DNA of 46,565 nucleotides from an uncultured Victivallales bacterium (GCA_964625675.1 CAZVCD010000001.1:1-46565); one strand, 5' to 3'. Counted from the first letter of the stretch, positions 37,846 through 46,002 are shown. Notes: a model not told the origin generated them from the letters alone. Translations and numbers: made by a program.

Positions 37846-38670
37846 TCATAAACTATTCAGGTTTTCCCATATGTTTCCCATGGCTTCGGCTGCTTTCATT
37901 TCAATACGATATTTAAACAAATGAGAAATATCAGTAGTAACAGGATTTATTTCAACAGTAGGTTTATTTCTATTATTTGCCACTCTAACAGGTTCTACAA
38001 TATATGGGAATAACCCGGAGGTACCGATACTTATTACTAAATCGATTTTGCTGTCTATTAAATCGTATAATTTTGTAATAGCTTCAGTGGGAAGCATCTC
38101 TCCAAACAATACAACATCCGGACGAATAATTCCCCCGCAAAAAGTACACAGAGGAGGCAGCGTTACCTTATCCTGAAAATCTGAGATAAGTTCATTATAA
38201 TCTTTCCCCCTCCCACAATCTGTACAGTGAAGAGTAAAAGCATTTCCATGAATTTCTATAAGGTTTTTAGTATTCGCCGCAGTATGAAGTCCATCTATGT
38301 TTTGAGTAAGTACCCAAGTGTCCGGTTTTATGGTTTGAATAGAGGATATAATTTCATGTGCTTTATTTGGTAGCGCTTTATGGCATGCAGAACCAATCTG
38401 CCATAAATATTTCCAGGTAATATCTGGACGTTTTTGCATCATCGAACCGCTTAAAGCATCTTCAATAGATACACCTTCTTTGGTTAGATCGTCATTGTAT
38501 AACCCACCAATTCCCCTATAAGTCGGTAAGCCTGAATCAGCAGAAATACCAGCGCCGGTAATGAAAAGTATTCTGTCAGAATTAGAAATAAGTTTAGCTG
38601 TTTCTAATATCGCTTCATCTGCATTATACCGGAGGTATTTTTGTTTTTGGTTAATTTGCGAGATTTTCAT
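37846..38670 (-). CDS. cobB: NAD-dependent protein deacylase (Sir2 family, CobB-like)
   Basis: 274 aa. GAGISADSGLPTYRG, QNIDGLH, catalytic IEIHGN, and Zn ribbon CTDCG...CTFCGG. Confidence 0.88.
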   Translation of the reverse strand: MKISQINQKQKYLRYNADEAILETAKLISNSDRILFITGAGISADSGLPTYRGIGGLYNDDLTKEGVSIEDALSGSMMQKRPDITWKYLWQIGSACHKALPNKAHEIISSIQTIKPDTWVLTQNIDGLHTAANTKNLIEIHGNAFTLHCTDCGRGKDYNELISDFQDKVTLPPLCTFCGGIIRPDVVLFGEMLPTEAITKLYDLIDSKIDLVISIGTSGLFPYIVEPVRVANNRNKPTVEINPVTTDISHLFKYRIEMKAAEAMGNIWENLNSL

Positions 38671-38690
38671 CCTCTATTTTTTTATTTATT
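38623..38690 (-). repeat. Sirtuin 5' end / RBS region, copy A of a duplicated ~65-nt segment
   Basis: 26-nt exact match (attataccggaggtatttttgttttt) plus about 40 nt at roughly 80% identity to 46497-46565. Confidence 0.75.
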
Positions 38691-38719
38691 GAAAAGTTTT
38701 TTGTAAGCAAGAAATTTCT

Positions 38720-39505
38720 TCACTTAACTTCATCTTTAATATGTATAAATTCATCAAAATATTTAAGGAAAACCTTAACTACATCTGGCGAAAAATGGTC
38801 TCCACTCTCTATATTTATATAGTCCCATGCGACTTCTGGAGGATAAACTGGTTTATATGGACGCTCTGAAGTTATTGCTTCAAATACATCCAAAAGTCCT
38901 ACTATTTGTCCCGATATCGGAATTTTGTCACCACTTAGCCCTAAAGGATACCCGCTTCCATCCCATTTCTCATGGTGAGAAAAAGCTATTTCCCGGGCAA
39001 GGCTCATTGGTGTAGATTTAGAGAATGAAAGGATGTTTGCTCCCATAACAGTATGGTTTTTTACCATATCGAACTCTTCAGTGGAAAGCTTCCCCGGTTT
39101 GAGTAAAATATCATCAGGAATCCCTACTTTTCCAATATCATGCATTATAGCTGCATATTGAATATCCTTTATAATTTGCTTATCCAAACCCATTTTTTCA
39201 GCCAATAAAGAGCTATAACGGCTCATCCTGACGATATGATGTCCAATATAGTCATCACTATATTCCGCCGCAAGCACAAGAACATGCAACGCTTCAGGGT
39301 CATCAACTTGCTGGAGAGTCCAATAATCTATGAATTCCTCTGTCACCACACCTAAAGAGACGATGTATTCGAACAGTTTTGTATTAATAGCATTAAGTTC
39401 CTTGCCTACAGCCTTTTCGTTCAGATATGTGCTAATATTGCTTTGAATAAAGCTTTTAATTTTTTTTGAAACATCTGCACTCAACAAAAAACCATCATTT
39501 TTCAT
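38720..39505 (-). CDS. HD-GYP domain protein (putative cyclic-di-GMP phosphodiesterase)
   Basis: 261 aa. HHIVRMS...MHDIGK (HD) and HHEKWDGSGYP (GYP) motifs. About 100 aa of unassigned N-terminal region and no receiver domain. Confidence 0.85.
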   Translation of the reverse strand: MKNDGFLLSADVSKKIKSFIQSNISTYLNEKAVGKELNAINTKLFEYIVSLGVVTEEFIDYWTLQQVDDPEALHVLVLAAEYSDDYIGHHIVRMSRYSSLLAEKMGLDKQIIKDIQYAAIMHDIGKVGIPDDILLKPGKLSTEEFDMVKNHTVMGANILSFSKSTPMSLAREIAFSHHEKWDGSGYPLGLSGDKIPISGQIVGLLDVFEAITSERPYKPVYPPEVAWDYINIESGDHFSPDVVKVFLKYFDEFIHIKDEVK

Positions 39506-39564
39506 CTTTTTGCCCCATAAATTTTTTATATTTTAGATTTCAGTAATTGTACTAAAAGCGAAAT

Positions 39565-39660
39565 AGGTTTCGGTTAATAGTAAAATTGAGAATAAAAACC
39601 GCACAAATTAACCAAAAATAATAATTTTAACAAGCCAAAGGCATGTACCTCCGGTATATA
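39565..39660 (+). repeat. Left copy of the long inverted repeat flanking larA-wtpA-mop
   Basis: The 28-nt perfect core aattttaacaagccaaaggcatgtacct (39623-39650) equals the reverse complement of 42428-42455. Imperfect similarity (about 75-80% by eye) extends about 60-70 nt outward. Confidence 0.8.
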
Positions 39661-39718
39661 TTTCAGAATTTAAGAAACTCTCATTCATATTTCATTATAC
39701 TTCTTTTTTAGTATCAAG

Positions 39719-40909
39719 TCAATTTGAAGCTATATAACATGCTGTAAAACCTCCTGCTTCATCAATCAATATATCGTTTCCTGCTACAGTCCAATTTTTA
39801 TATAGCACAGCAAGCTCATCAATCGTTATTTTAGTCATATAAGCTTTTGACACAGCATTTTTAGATAAATCGCCAACATATAATAATTCTGATTTTTGAG
39901 AAAATTCCGCAAAATTATAAGCTTTATGATCTCCGAACTTATGATTTTCAAAAGAAACTGTCTTTAATACATTCTCAGCAGTACCCATAGATTGCAATCT
40001 ATCAAAGAAATCTGCTGTTCCAATGCCATCTTCACACTTAGCTATTAATACCATAGATCCACCGTCTTTCAAAATATTTTTGAGATTTTCAATAGCCTTC
40101 TGCGCCTGGTATAGATTTTTGTTGAGTGGTGGCTGAACAAATGATATGATTCGGTCATATTTGATATTTACCTGTTTCCCAAATATTTTTTTAGATACAG
40201 TTTTAGCTGCATCAAATGCTTCGAATAAATGGCCATGGCTAATATTTAAAATTGCTGAACCATGATTTACCAACTGAATACTGTACACCTGATCAAGAGG
40301 GACTATTAAACCTGCAGCCTCCCATATATCTTCAAATACAGGGTTTCCTTTGGTTTTCATAATAGCTGAATCAGGATCCATAGCCCATCTATGATTCTGT
40401 ATTATTGTTTCTTTTGCAACAACACCCGGCATTAGAGATTTTGCACCTCCAGAAAACCCGGCAAAATAATGAGGTTCAACACCACCAATCGTTATTATTT
40501 TACTGAACTGTTCGAGTGCCGGATTATAATAAACCTCTGTCCCTCTTGAAGTTTTTCCTGCAAATGAATAATTCTTAATATTAGAAACATCGTGATATAA
40601 TATTTTATCATTTTTCTCCGCCCCTGTGAGCTCTACTGCAACATCTCTTTTGGGAGGTTTGTGCGTACCTGTTGCTATCATAAAAGTTACCGGACAGCTA
40701 ATTTTTCCGGCATCACGCAGTATTTTTACTATTCGATTAGTTGGTGTAGACCTATAATGATCATTGACAATTATCAAACTATTTTGGGGGATTATAGGAA
40801 AATCGATAATTTTCTCCAAGAGTTTCTGATCATTAAGCAAACACCTTATTGAAGGTTTAATGCATACTGATTTAGAAAAATCCAACAGAGCTTTAATCTT
40901 ATCTTTCAT
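39719..40909 (-). CDS. LarA-family (nickel-pincer-dependent lactate racemase-like, DUF2088) protein
   Basis: ATGTHKPP and HYFAGFSGGAKSLMPG motifs (His and NPN-tethering Lys context). The ATG at 40909 with SD gaaggga is preferred over the TTG at 40969. Confidence 0.78.
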   Translation of the reverse strand: MKDKIKALLDFSKSVCIKPSIRCLLNDQKLLEKIIDFPIIPQNSLIIVNDHYRSTPTNRIVKILRDAGKISCPVTFMIATGTHKPPKRDVAVELTGAEKNDKILYHDVSNIKNYSFAGKTSRGTEVYYNPALEQFSKIITIGGVEPHYFAGFSGGAKSLMPGVVAKETIIQNHRWAMDPDSAIMKTKGNPVFEDIWEAAGLIVPLDQVYSIQLVNHGSAILNISHGHLFEAFDAAKTVSKKIFGKQVNIKYDRIISFVQPPLNKNLYQAQKAIENLKNILKDGGSMVLIAKCEDGIGTADFFDRLQSMGTAENVLKTVSFENHKFGDHKAYNFAEFSQKSELLYVGDLSKNAVSKAYMTKITIDELAVLYKNWTVAGNDILIDEAGGFTACYIASN

Positions 40910-41047
40910 ACATCCCTTCTTTAATAGTTTTGACTTTCTTTGTATTAAATATATCTTATAATATAGCAAGTATCATACAAATAATCTATACACCACAACT
41001 AAATCATTTATGAGAGTTAACTTCACATTTACGAAAGAATTATAATT

Positions 41048-42013
41048 ATGCTGTTCAAAAAAACATTTTTGCCTCTTTTATTAGCTGTTTTTTGTATTTT
41101 TATTGTGTCATGTTCTAAAATAGCAGAGGATAAAAACCGCATAGTAATATTTCACGCAGGCAGTTTAAGTGTTCCTTTAGATGAACTAAAAAAAACATTT
41201 CAAGAAAAAAACCCCGGCACTGACATTGTGTTGGAAGCTGCAGGGAGTAGAAAATGTGCCCGTAAAATCAGCGATTTAAAACGTAATTGTGATATTATGC
41301 TATCAGCAGATTACTCTGTAATAAACGAACTACTTATACCGAAATATGCGTCATGGTGCATTAAATTTGTAAGCAACCAAATGGCCATTGTCTACAATGA
41401 ACAATCTAAATATGCTAAAGAAATCAATTCAGAAAACTGGTATAAAATACTGATGAGAAAAGATGTAATATGCGGAATTTCAAATCCTAATGATGATCCA
41501 TGCGGTTACCGTTCTGTTTTAACAATGAAACTAGCACAAATTTATTATAAATATCCTGACTTGGAAAGTAAAATTAGAGACAAGAAAAATGGATTAATAA
41601 TGAGACCAAAGGAAACGGATTTGCTATCATTATTAGAATCAAATAATATCGACTATATCTTTTTATACCGTTCCGTAGCCGAACAGCACCACTTAAAATA
41701 TATTACATTGCCAGATCAGATAAACCTGAGTGACCCAAAATATAGTAGTTTTTATAAGAAAGCAGATATTAAAATTTCAGGGAACAAGCCGGGAACTTTT
41801 ATTACTAAAAAAGGTGCTCCCATGCTATACGGAGTAACTATTCCTAATAATGCCCCTAACCCGCAACTTGCACTGAAGTTCGTTGAATTTCTGCTGAATA
41901 AGAATGAAGGGCAAAAAATTATGAAAAAAAATGGACAACAATCAGTTGTCCCATCATATTCTAAAACATACAGTAACATTCCAGCAGCCCTGAAAAAATA
42001 TGCTTCAAGATAA
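41048..42013 (+). CDS. wtpA: WtpA-type tungstate/molybdate periplasmic binding lipoprotein
   Basis: 321 aa. Lipobox IVSCS. The IVIFHAGSLSVP...EAAGS...MLSADY...NDDPCGYRS pattern is typical of WtpA-class oxyanion binding proteins. Confidence 0.78.
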   Translation: MLFKKTFLPLLLAVFCIFIVSCSKIAEDKNRIVIFHAGSLSVPLDELKKTFQEKNPGTDIVLEAAGSRKCARKISDLKRNCDIMLSADYSVINELLIPKYASWCIKFVSNQMAIVYNEQSKYAKEINSENWYKILMRKDVICGISNPNDDPCGYRSVLTMKLAQIYYKYPDLESKIRDKKNGLIMRPKETDLLSLLESNNIDYIFLYRSVAEQHHLKYITLPDQINLSDPKYSSFYKKADIKISGNKPGTFITKKGAPMLYGVTIPNNAPNPQLALKFVEFLLNKNEGQKIMKKNGQQSVVPSYSKTYSNIPAALKKYASR

Positions 42014-42115
42014 ATCTTGTTTTTGTCTTTTTACTTCTGTATAAAATCATGATTATGTTGATAATGAAAAAGTTAAAAGCAAATCAAACTCTATATTTTT
42101 ACCATCATAAACATT

Positions 42116-42155
42116 AAAGCCTGCACGAAAATTATTTCGAAGCAGGCTTTGTTTT
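42116..42155. terminator. Bidirectional terminator hairpin between convergent wtpA and mop
   Basis: Sequence aaagcctgc-N17-gcaggcttt followed by gtttt. A-rich on the 5' side, so it could serve the opposite strand too. Confidence 0.6.
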
Positions 42156-42178
42156 AAGTAATCTAGTAAAAATATAAT

Positions 42179-42388
42179 TTATTCTACGCCAACCATTACA
42201 TTAGAAGCTTTGATTATAGCATAAGCCTCACAACCTACATGCAGATTTAAATTTTTAGCAGATTTTTTAGTAATAATAGATATTATTTGCTCTCCACCGG
42301 GAACTTCAATAACTACTTCTGTATTAACAGCACCATCAGTAATTTGTACTACTTTGCCTTTTAATGTGTTTCTTGCACTAATTTTCAT
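42179..42388 (-). CDS. mop: Molbindin (single Mop/TOBE domain molybdate/tungstate-binding protein)
   Basis: 69 aa. MKISARNTLKGKV...ITDGAVNTEV...ASNVMV is the canonical Mop domain. Confidence 0.85.
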   Translation of the reverse strand: MKISARNTLKGKVVQITDGAVNTEVVIEVPGGEQIISIITKKSAKNLNLHVGCEAYAIIKASNVMVGVE

Positions 42389-42417
42389 TTTTAAATTCCT
42401 TTTTAATTAAAAAAATT

Positions 42418-42520
42418 ATTATACCAAAGGTACATGCCTTTGGCTTGTTAAAATTTTTATTTTGAGTTTATCTGTGAATTTTTTGTCCTCAATTATTTTT
42501 ACAACTTTCCGAAAATAATT
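42418..42520 (-). repeat. Right copy of the long inverted repeat, overlapping the mop promoter/5' UTR
   Basis: Perfect core 42428-42455. It contains the perfect hairpin ccaaagg-tacatg-cctttgg and, read toward mop, an extended -10-like tggtataat about 30 nt upstream of the mop ATG. Confidence 0.8.
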
Positions 42521-42825
42521 TTGTTATGGGTATAAACCTCACTCCATTCTATTTATTCAATAATGAAAAACAAAATCATTGAAAAAATAGGTTTTTAATT
42601 AAGTTCATATTTATTTTTTTTCAAGCTTAATATTTTTTTAACCTCTCTAAATAAAACTTTTCAAAGACATATTTACACCATTCACCTAATTTTTTATATT
42701 TAGAAATCGAATATTCCAATAACTTTTACAATCACTAGTTATTCATGATTAATCTAAATTATATATATTGCTATTTACATTATTATTGGCATATGCTATA
42801 AATAAAAAAGAGTTTTAACCATAGA

Positions 42826-43009
42826 AGATTCGGGTAGTGCAGTTATATCCCAAAATAAACTTCCTAAGTGTAGTAGATGCTGTCACGAATGGGAATCAGC
42901 AAACTGTGTAAACAATACAAAGCAATGCTCTCAATAGATGAACAGTAAAAATGGAAGTGAAAAATAAATGTGTACAACGCTAATAATTGATATAACTCTA
43001 ACCCGATCT
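42826..43009 (+). ncRNA. Candidate structured RNA / riboswitch-like or MITE-like element (unclassified)
   Basis: agattcgggtag...agttatatc (42826-42849) pairs with gatataact-ctaacccgatct (42989-43009), about 21 bp with small bulges. Nested acttcc/ggaagt and tgctg/cagca helices lie inside. The strand is uncertain. Confidence 0.3.
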
Positions 43010-43058
43010 CTATACCTTTCTCGTTATGGTACATGAAAATGATGGAGATGATTAAGTT

Positions 43059-43703
43059 TTGTTAATTATGAATAATAGAAAAAAAGTTATTATAGTTCGA
43101 CATGCTGAAACTATGTGGAATTTAGAAAAAAGAATTCAGGGAAACTCTAATACAGCTCTAACTGAATATGGAATACTGCAGTCAGAAAAAACTGGTAAAA
43201 TTCTGGCAAAAAAAAATATTGAGGAAGTTTATTCGAGTGATCTTGGTCGTGCTATGCAGACTGCAAAAATTATTAATAAATATCTTGGATTGAGTATAAA
43301 ACCTGTTAACGGTCTAAGAGAAAGAAAATATGGCATCCTTGAGGGAGTTTCTTTTTTAGAGCTTCAGAAAAAGTATCCTGACGTAAAAGAAAAACTATAT
43401 TCTCGCAATCCTGAGTATCAGATACCTAATGGAGAAAGTTTAAATGAGTTTACTGATAGAATATACAATTGCATCAACAACATAACTGAAAAATCATCAT
43501 CTAAAACAATCTTACTGGTAACTCATGGAGGTGTTCTTGAATGTTTATTTTATAAAATTATTGGTCTGCCTCTAAACACTAAAAGAAGATTTTCTATTTT
43601 TAATTCCTCCATCAACATATTTTCAGTTTGTAGTGGAATATGGGAACTTGATTCATGGGGAATAACAGACCATCTAGACGATGACAATATATTAAGCCTT
43701 TAG
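43059..43703 (+). CDS. Histidine phosphatase family protein (phosphoglycerate mutase / alpha-ribazole phosphatase-like)
   Basis: 214 aa. RHAET catalytic motif, SSDLGRA, and THGGVL. The start is either TTG 43059 or ATG 43068. Confidence 0.8.
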   Translation: MLIMNNRKKVIIVRHAETMWNLEKRIQGNSNTALTEYGILQSEKTGKILAKKNIEEVYSSDLGRAMQTAKIINKYLGLSIKPVNGLRERKYGILEGVSFLELQKKYPDVKEKLYSRNPEYQIPNGESLNEFTDRIYNCINNITEKSSSKTILLVTHGGVLECLFYKIIGLPLNTKRRFSIFNSSINIFSVCSGIWELDSWGITDHLDDDNILSL

Positions 43704-43832
43704 CAAAAATATTTTTTTGTACACATACAATAGGAATATTTTAAAGTTTTCCCTACTCTCGCATATAGATTTAACCCAAAAAATTAAAAATCCTACCACA
43801 CACACTATTGAAAAAGAAAATAAAAACAACTA

Positions 43833-43863
43833 TATTATTACGAAATAAATATTCGTAATAATA
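43833..43863. promoter_or_regulatory. 31-bp palindrome, candidate NikR operator upstream of the nickel transporter
   Basis: tattattacgaa-ataaata-ttcgtaataata: 12-bp perfect arms and a 7-nt spacer, 10 nt upstream of the NiCoT open frame. The nikR gene lies immediately downstream of the transporter. Confidence 0.45.
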
Positions 43864-44053
43864 GAAAGATTAACTTATCAAAAATTTTAACACATACTTC
43901 GGCACCAATATAAAAAATAGAATAATTTTACTTTTCTCATTTTTAGTATTACTAAATATAGGTGTCTGGCTTTTAGCTTTTTATTTTTTTTATGGTTACC
44001 CCAAACTTCTTGCAATCTGCCTTTTAGCTTATGGCTTTGGGCTCAGACACGCA

Positions 44054-44908
44054 GTGGACGCAGATCATATTGCCGCAATAGACAATGTAACAAGAAAGTT
44101 TATGCAAGAAAAAAGATCTCCTATAAGCGTAGGCTTTTTCTTTTCACTAGGTCATTCTTCAGTAGTGATTATTATGTCATTTTTAGTAGCTCTCGGCACC
44201 ATTTTTATGAGCGAGCATATTTCAGAATTCCAAAAAATAGGGGGATTGATCGGCGCTTCCGTATCATCTGTTTTTTTACTTTTAATAGCCTTTATAAACC
44301 TTATAGTTTTTCTTGATATTTATAAGATTTTTAAAGGATTTAAAAAAAGAGAAGTGTGTAGCGATGAACAACTGGAAGAGCTTTATAATAAAAAAGGAAT
44401 GTTTGCTAGAATATTCAGACCTCTCTTTAAATTTGTTTCCAGAGGTTGGCATATGTATATTGTTGGTTTTCTATTTGGTTTAGGGTTTGACACAGCCAGC
44501 GAAATAGCTCTTCTTGGTATTTCTTCAACGCAAGCAGCTGCAGGACTTTCTATCTGGGTAATAATGATTTACCCTCTTATTTTTATGGCAGGAATGTGTT
44601 TGATTGACACTTTGGATGGAGTATTAATGCTTGGAGTTTATGGGTGGGCATTTTTAACTCCTATCAGAAAACTATTCTATAATATGACGATTACTTTAGT
44701 TTCTTTTTTAGTGGCATTTTTAATTGGCGGCTTAGAGGCACTTTGTATAATTTCAAACAAGCTTGAGCTTTCAGGAGGAGTCTGGTCTTTTGTAAATAAA
44801 ATAAATGATAACTTCGGTAACATGGGATTTTTCATTATAGGCATATTTATTCTAAGCTGGTTAATTTCTTTTTTTATTTACAAATACTCAAAGCTGGACA
44901 CTGCTTAA
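44054..44908 (+). CDS. NiCoT-family nickel/cobalt transporter (HoxN/NixA-like); true 5' end uncertain
   Basis: DADHIAAIDN and FFFSLGHSSVV signatures and GFLFGLGFDTASE. The frame is open upstream to 43874 and encodes TM1 plus the His of the HAVDADH motif, but without ATG/GTG/TTG (see findings). Confidence 0.85.
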   Translation: MDADHIAAIDNVTRKFMQEKRSPISVGFFFSLGHSSVVIIMSFLVALGTIFMSEHISEFQKIGGLIGASVSSVFLLLIAFINLIVFLDIYKIFKGFKKREVCSDEQLEELYNKKGMFARIFRPLFKFVSRGWHMYIVGFLFGLGFDTASEIALLGISSTQAAAGLSIWVIMIYPLIFMAGMCLIDTLDGVLMLGVYGWAFLTPIRKLFYNMTITLVSFLVAFLIGGLEALCIISNKLELSGGVWSFVNKINDNFGNMGFFIIGIFILSWLISFFIYKYSKLDTA

Positions 44909-45327
44909 TTTATTTCCTGTCCGGTTGTACCCATTATTAGGCCGGAATGTAAAACACCCTTCTGCTGGCGGAGTTCATCTGCTAATTCCCTTACTTCTGC
45001 GGCCACTCCTTTAACCATAATCATTTCAGCACAAATATGTTCAGTAAGATGTACATGCGTAGAAGCAAGTACTATATTATGGTGAGCATGCTGCAATTCA
45101 GTGATTTTCTTGCTCAATTCCCTCTTAAAATGGTCATAAATCATAGTTATTGTAGCTACTACTTCAGATGTACTGTTCCACTCTTCAAGGACCAGATTAT
45201 CTCTTATCATATCGCGGATAAATTCTGACCTGTTTTGATACCCTTTATGAATAACCATCTGTTCAAGCTTATCAAGCAATGTATCTTCTATTGAAAGGCT
45301 AACTCTTACTAAATTAGACATTATCAC
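44905..45327 (-). CDS. nikR: Nickel-responsive transcriptional regulator NikR
   Basis: About 138-140 aa. N-terminal ribbon-helix-helix (RVSLSIEDTLLDKLEQM...NRSEFIRD) plus a C-terminal ACT-like Ni-binding domain with the HVHL..H.C motif. The stop shares TTAA with the convergent NiCoT stop. Confidence 0.9.
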   Translation of the reverse strand: MIMSNLVRVSLSIEDTLLDKLEQMVIHKGYQNRSEFIRDMIRDNLVLEEWNSTSEVVATITMIYDHFKRELSKKITELQHAHHNIVLASTHVHLTEHICAEMIMVKGVAAEVRELADELRQQKGVLHSGLIMGTTGQEIN

Positions 45328-45488
45328 AACCTATTCCTATTAATTTTAAACTCAAAGAAATCTATAGACTTCCACCTTTTAACTATAAGATATAATTATA
45401 TGTGATAATGTTTTTCATATCAACATATTTATAAAATATTAGCAATTTGTTTTAGTTTTTAAATATACATAATTTATAAGTATTTCTT

Positions 45489-45911
45489 TCACTTCTTTTC
45501 CATAAACCGTGCAGTAGCTTTGACCATAAGCTTACCATCATAAATAATTTCAGACTTCATATAATACAAAGATAGGTTTTTTTCAATTAATTCACCATAT
45601 AAATCAACTTCTGTTGCACACGGAATTGATTTGGCAAAACGAATATTCATATCAGCTGTAACAGCTTTAATGCCATTATGAAATAGACAGTGAACCATAG
45701 CAGAGTCAAGTAATGCACACATTACCCCCCCGTGCAAAATGCCTTCATAACCTTGTAGGATTCTTTTAACTTTGAACTTTGAGTAGACTCTTCCATCCTC
45801 TAGAAATTCAAATTTTAAGCCTAGTCCCCATCTGTTGTTTTCGCCGCAAAGGAGGCAATTATAGTGTCCATAAATTTTACTGTTCTCTTTATCATTTGAT
45901 GAATTTATCAT
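45489..45911 (-). CDS. PaaI/4HBT-type hotdog-fold thioesterase
   Basis: 140 aa. LHGGVMCALLDSAM motif typical of PaaI-like thioesterases. N-terminal CxxC. Confidence 0.72.
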   Translation of the reverse strand: MINSSNDKENSKIYGHYNCLLCGENNRWGLGLKFEFLEDGRVYSKFKVKRILQGYEGILHGGVMCALLDSAMVHCLFHNGIKAVTADMNIRFAKSIPCATEVDLYGELIEKNLSLYYMKSEIIYDGKLMVKATARFMEKK

Positions 45912-46002
45912 TTAAAATTATTTTTGCATTTAGTTGTTTGCTCTAATATTGCTTTATCTATTTTTATAATCTATGTCTGATAGTTTGTATATATTCATAT
46001 AT

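Noticed and set aside
37846-39505. Sir2-domain gene adjacent to an HD-domain gene as a possible SIR2-based anti-phage system
   Set aside because: The sirtuin has the full housekeeping CobB signature: GAGISxxSGIPxxRG-type loop, catalytic His and a Cys4 zinc ribbon, at 274 aa. The partner is a standard HD-GYP phosphodiesterase. No HerA, TIR, pAgo or other defense partner is present.
40910-40969. ORF-track start (TTG at 40969) for the LarA homolog, and similar upstream TTG or alternative starts for modC (9878), nfeD (21615) and the small Cys-rich ORF (7243)
   Set aside because: In each case a downstream ATG with a better-placed purine-rich SD gives a protein that begins where family members normally start. 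The extensions add implausible residues or overlap the neighbouring gene.
42826-43009. Specific classification of the structured element as a cobalamin, lysine or M-box riboswitch
   Set aside because: Only short fragments resemble those consensus cores (aaugggaa, aaacugu, cugucac). The defining boxes (B12 box and GCCACUG, GAGGCGC, GUUAGGUGAGGCU) are missing. It is kept only as an unclassified candidate.
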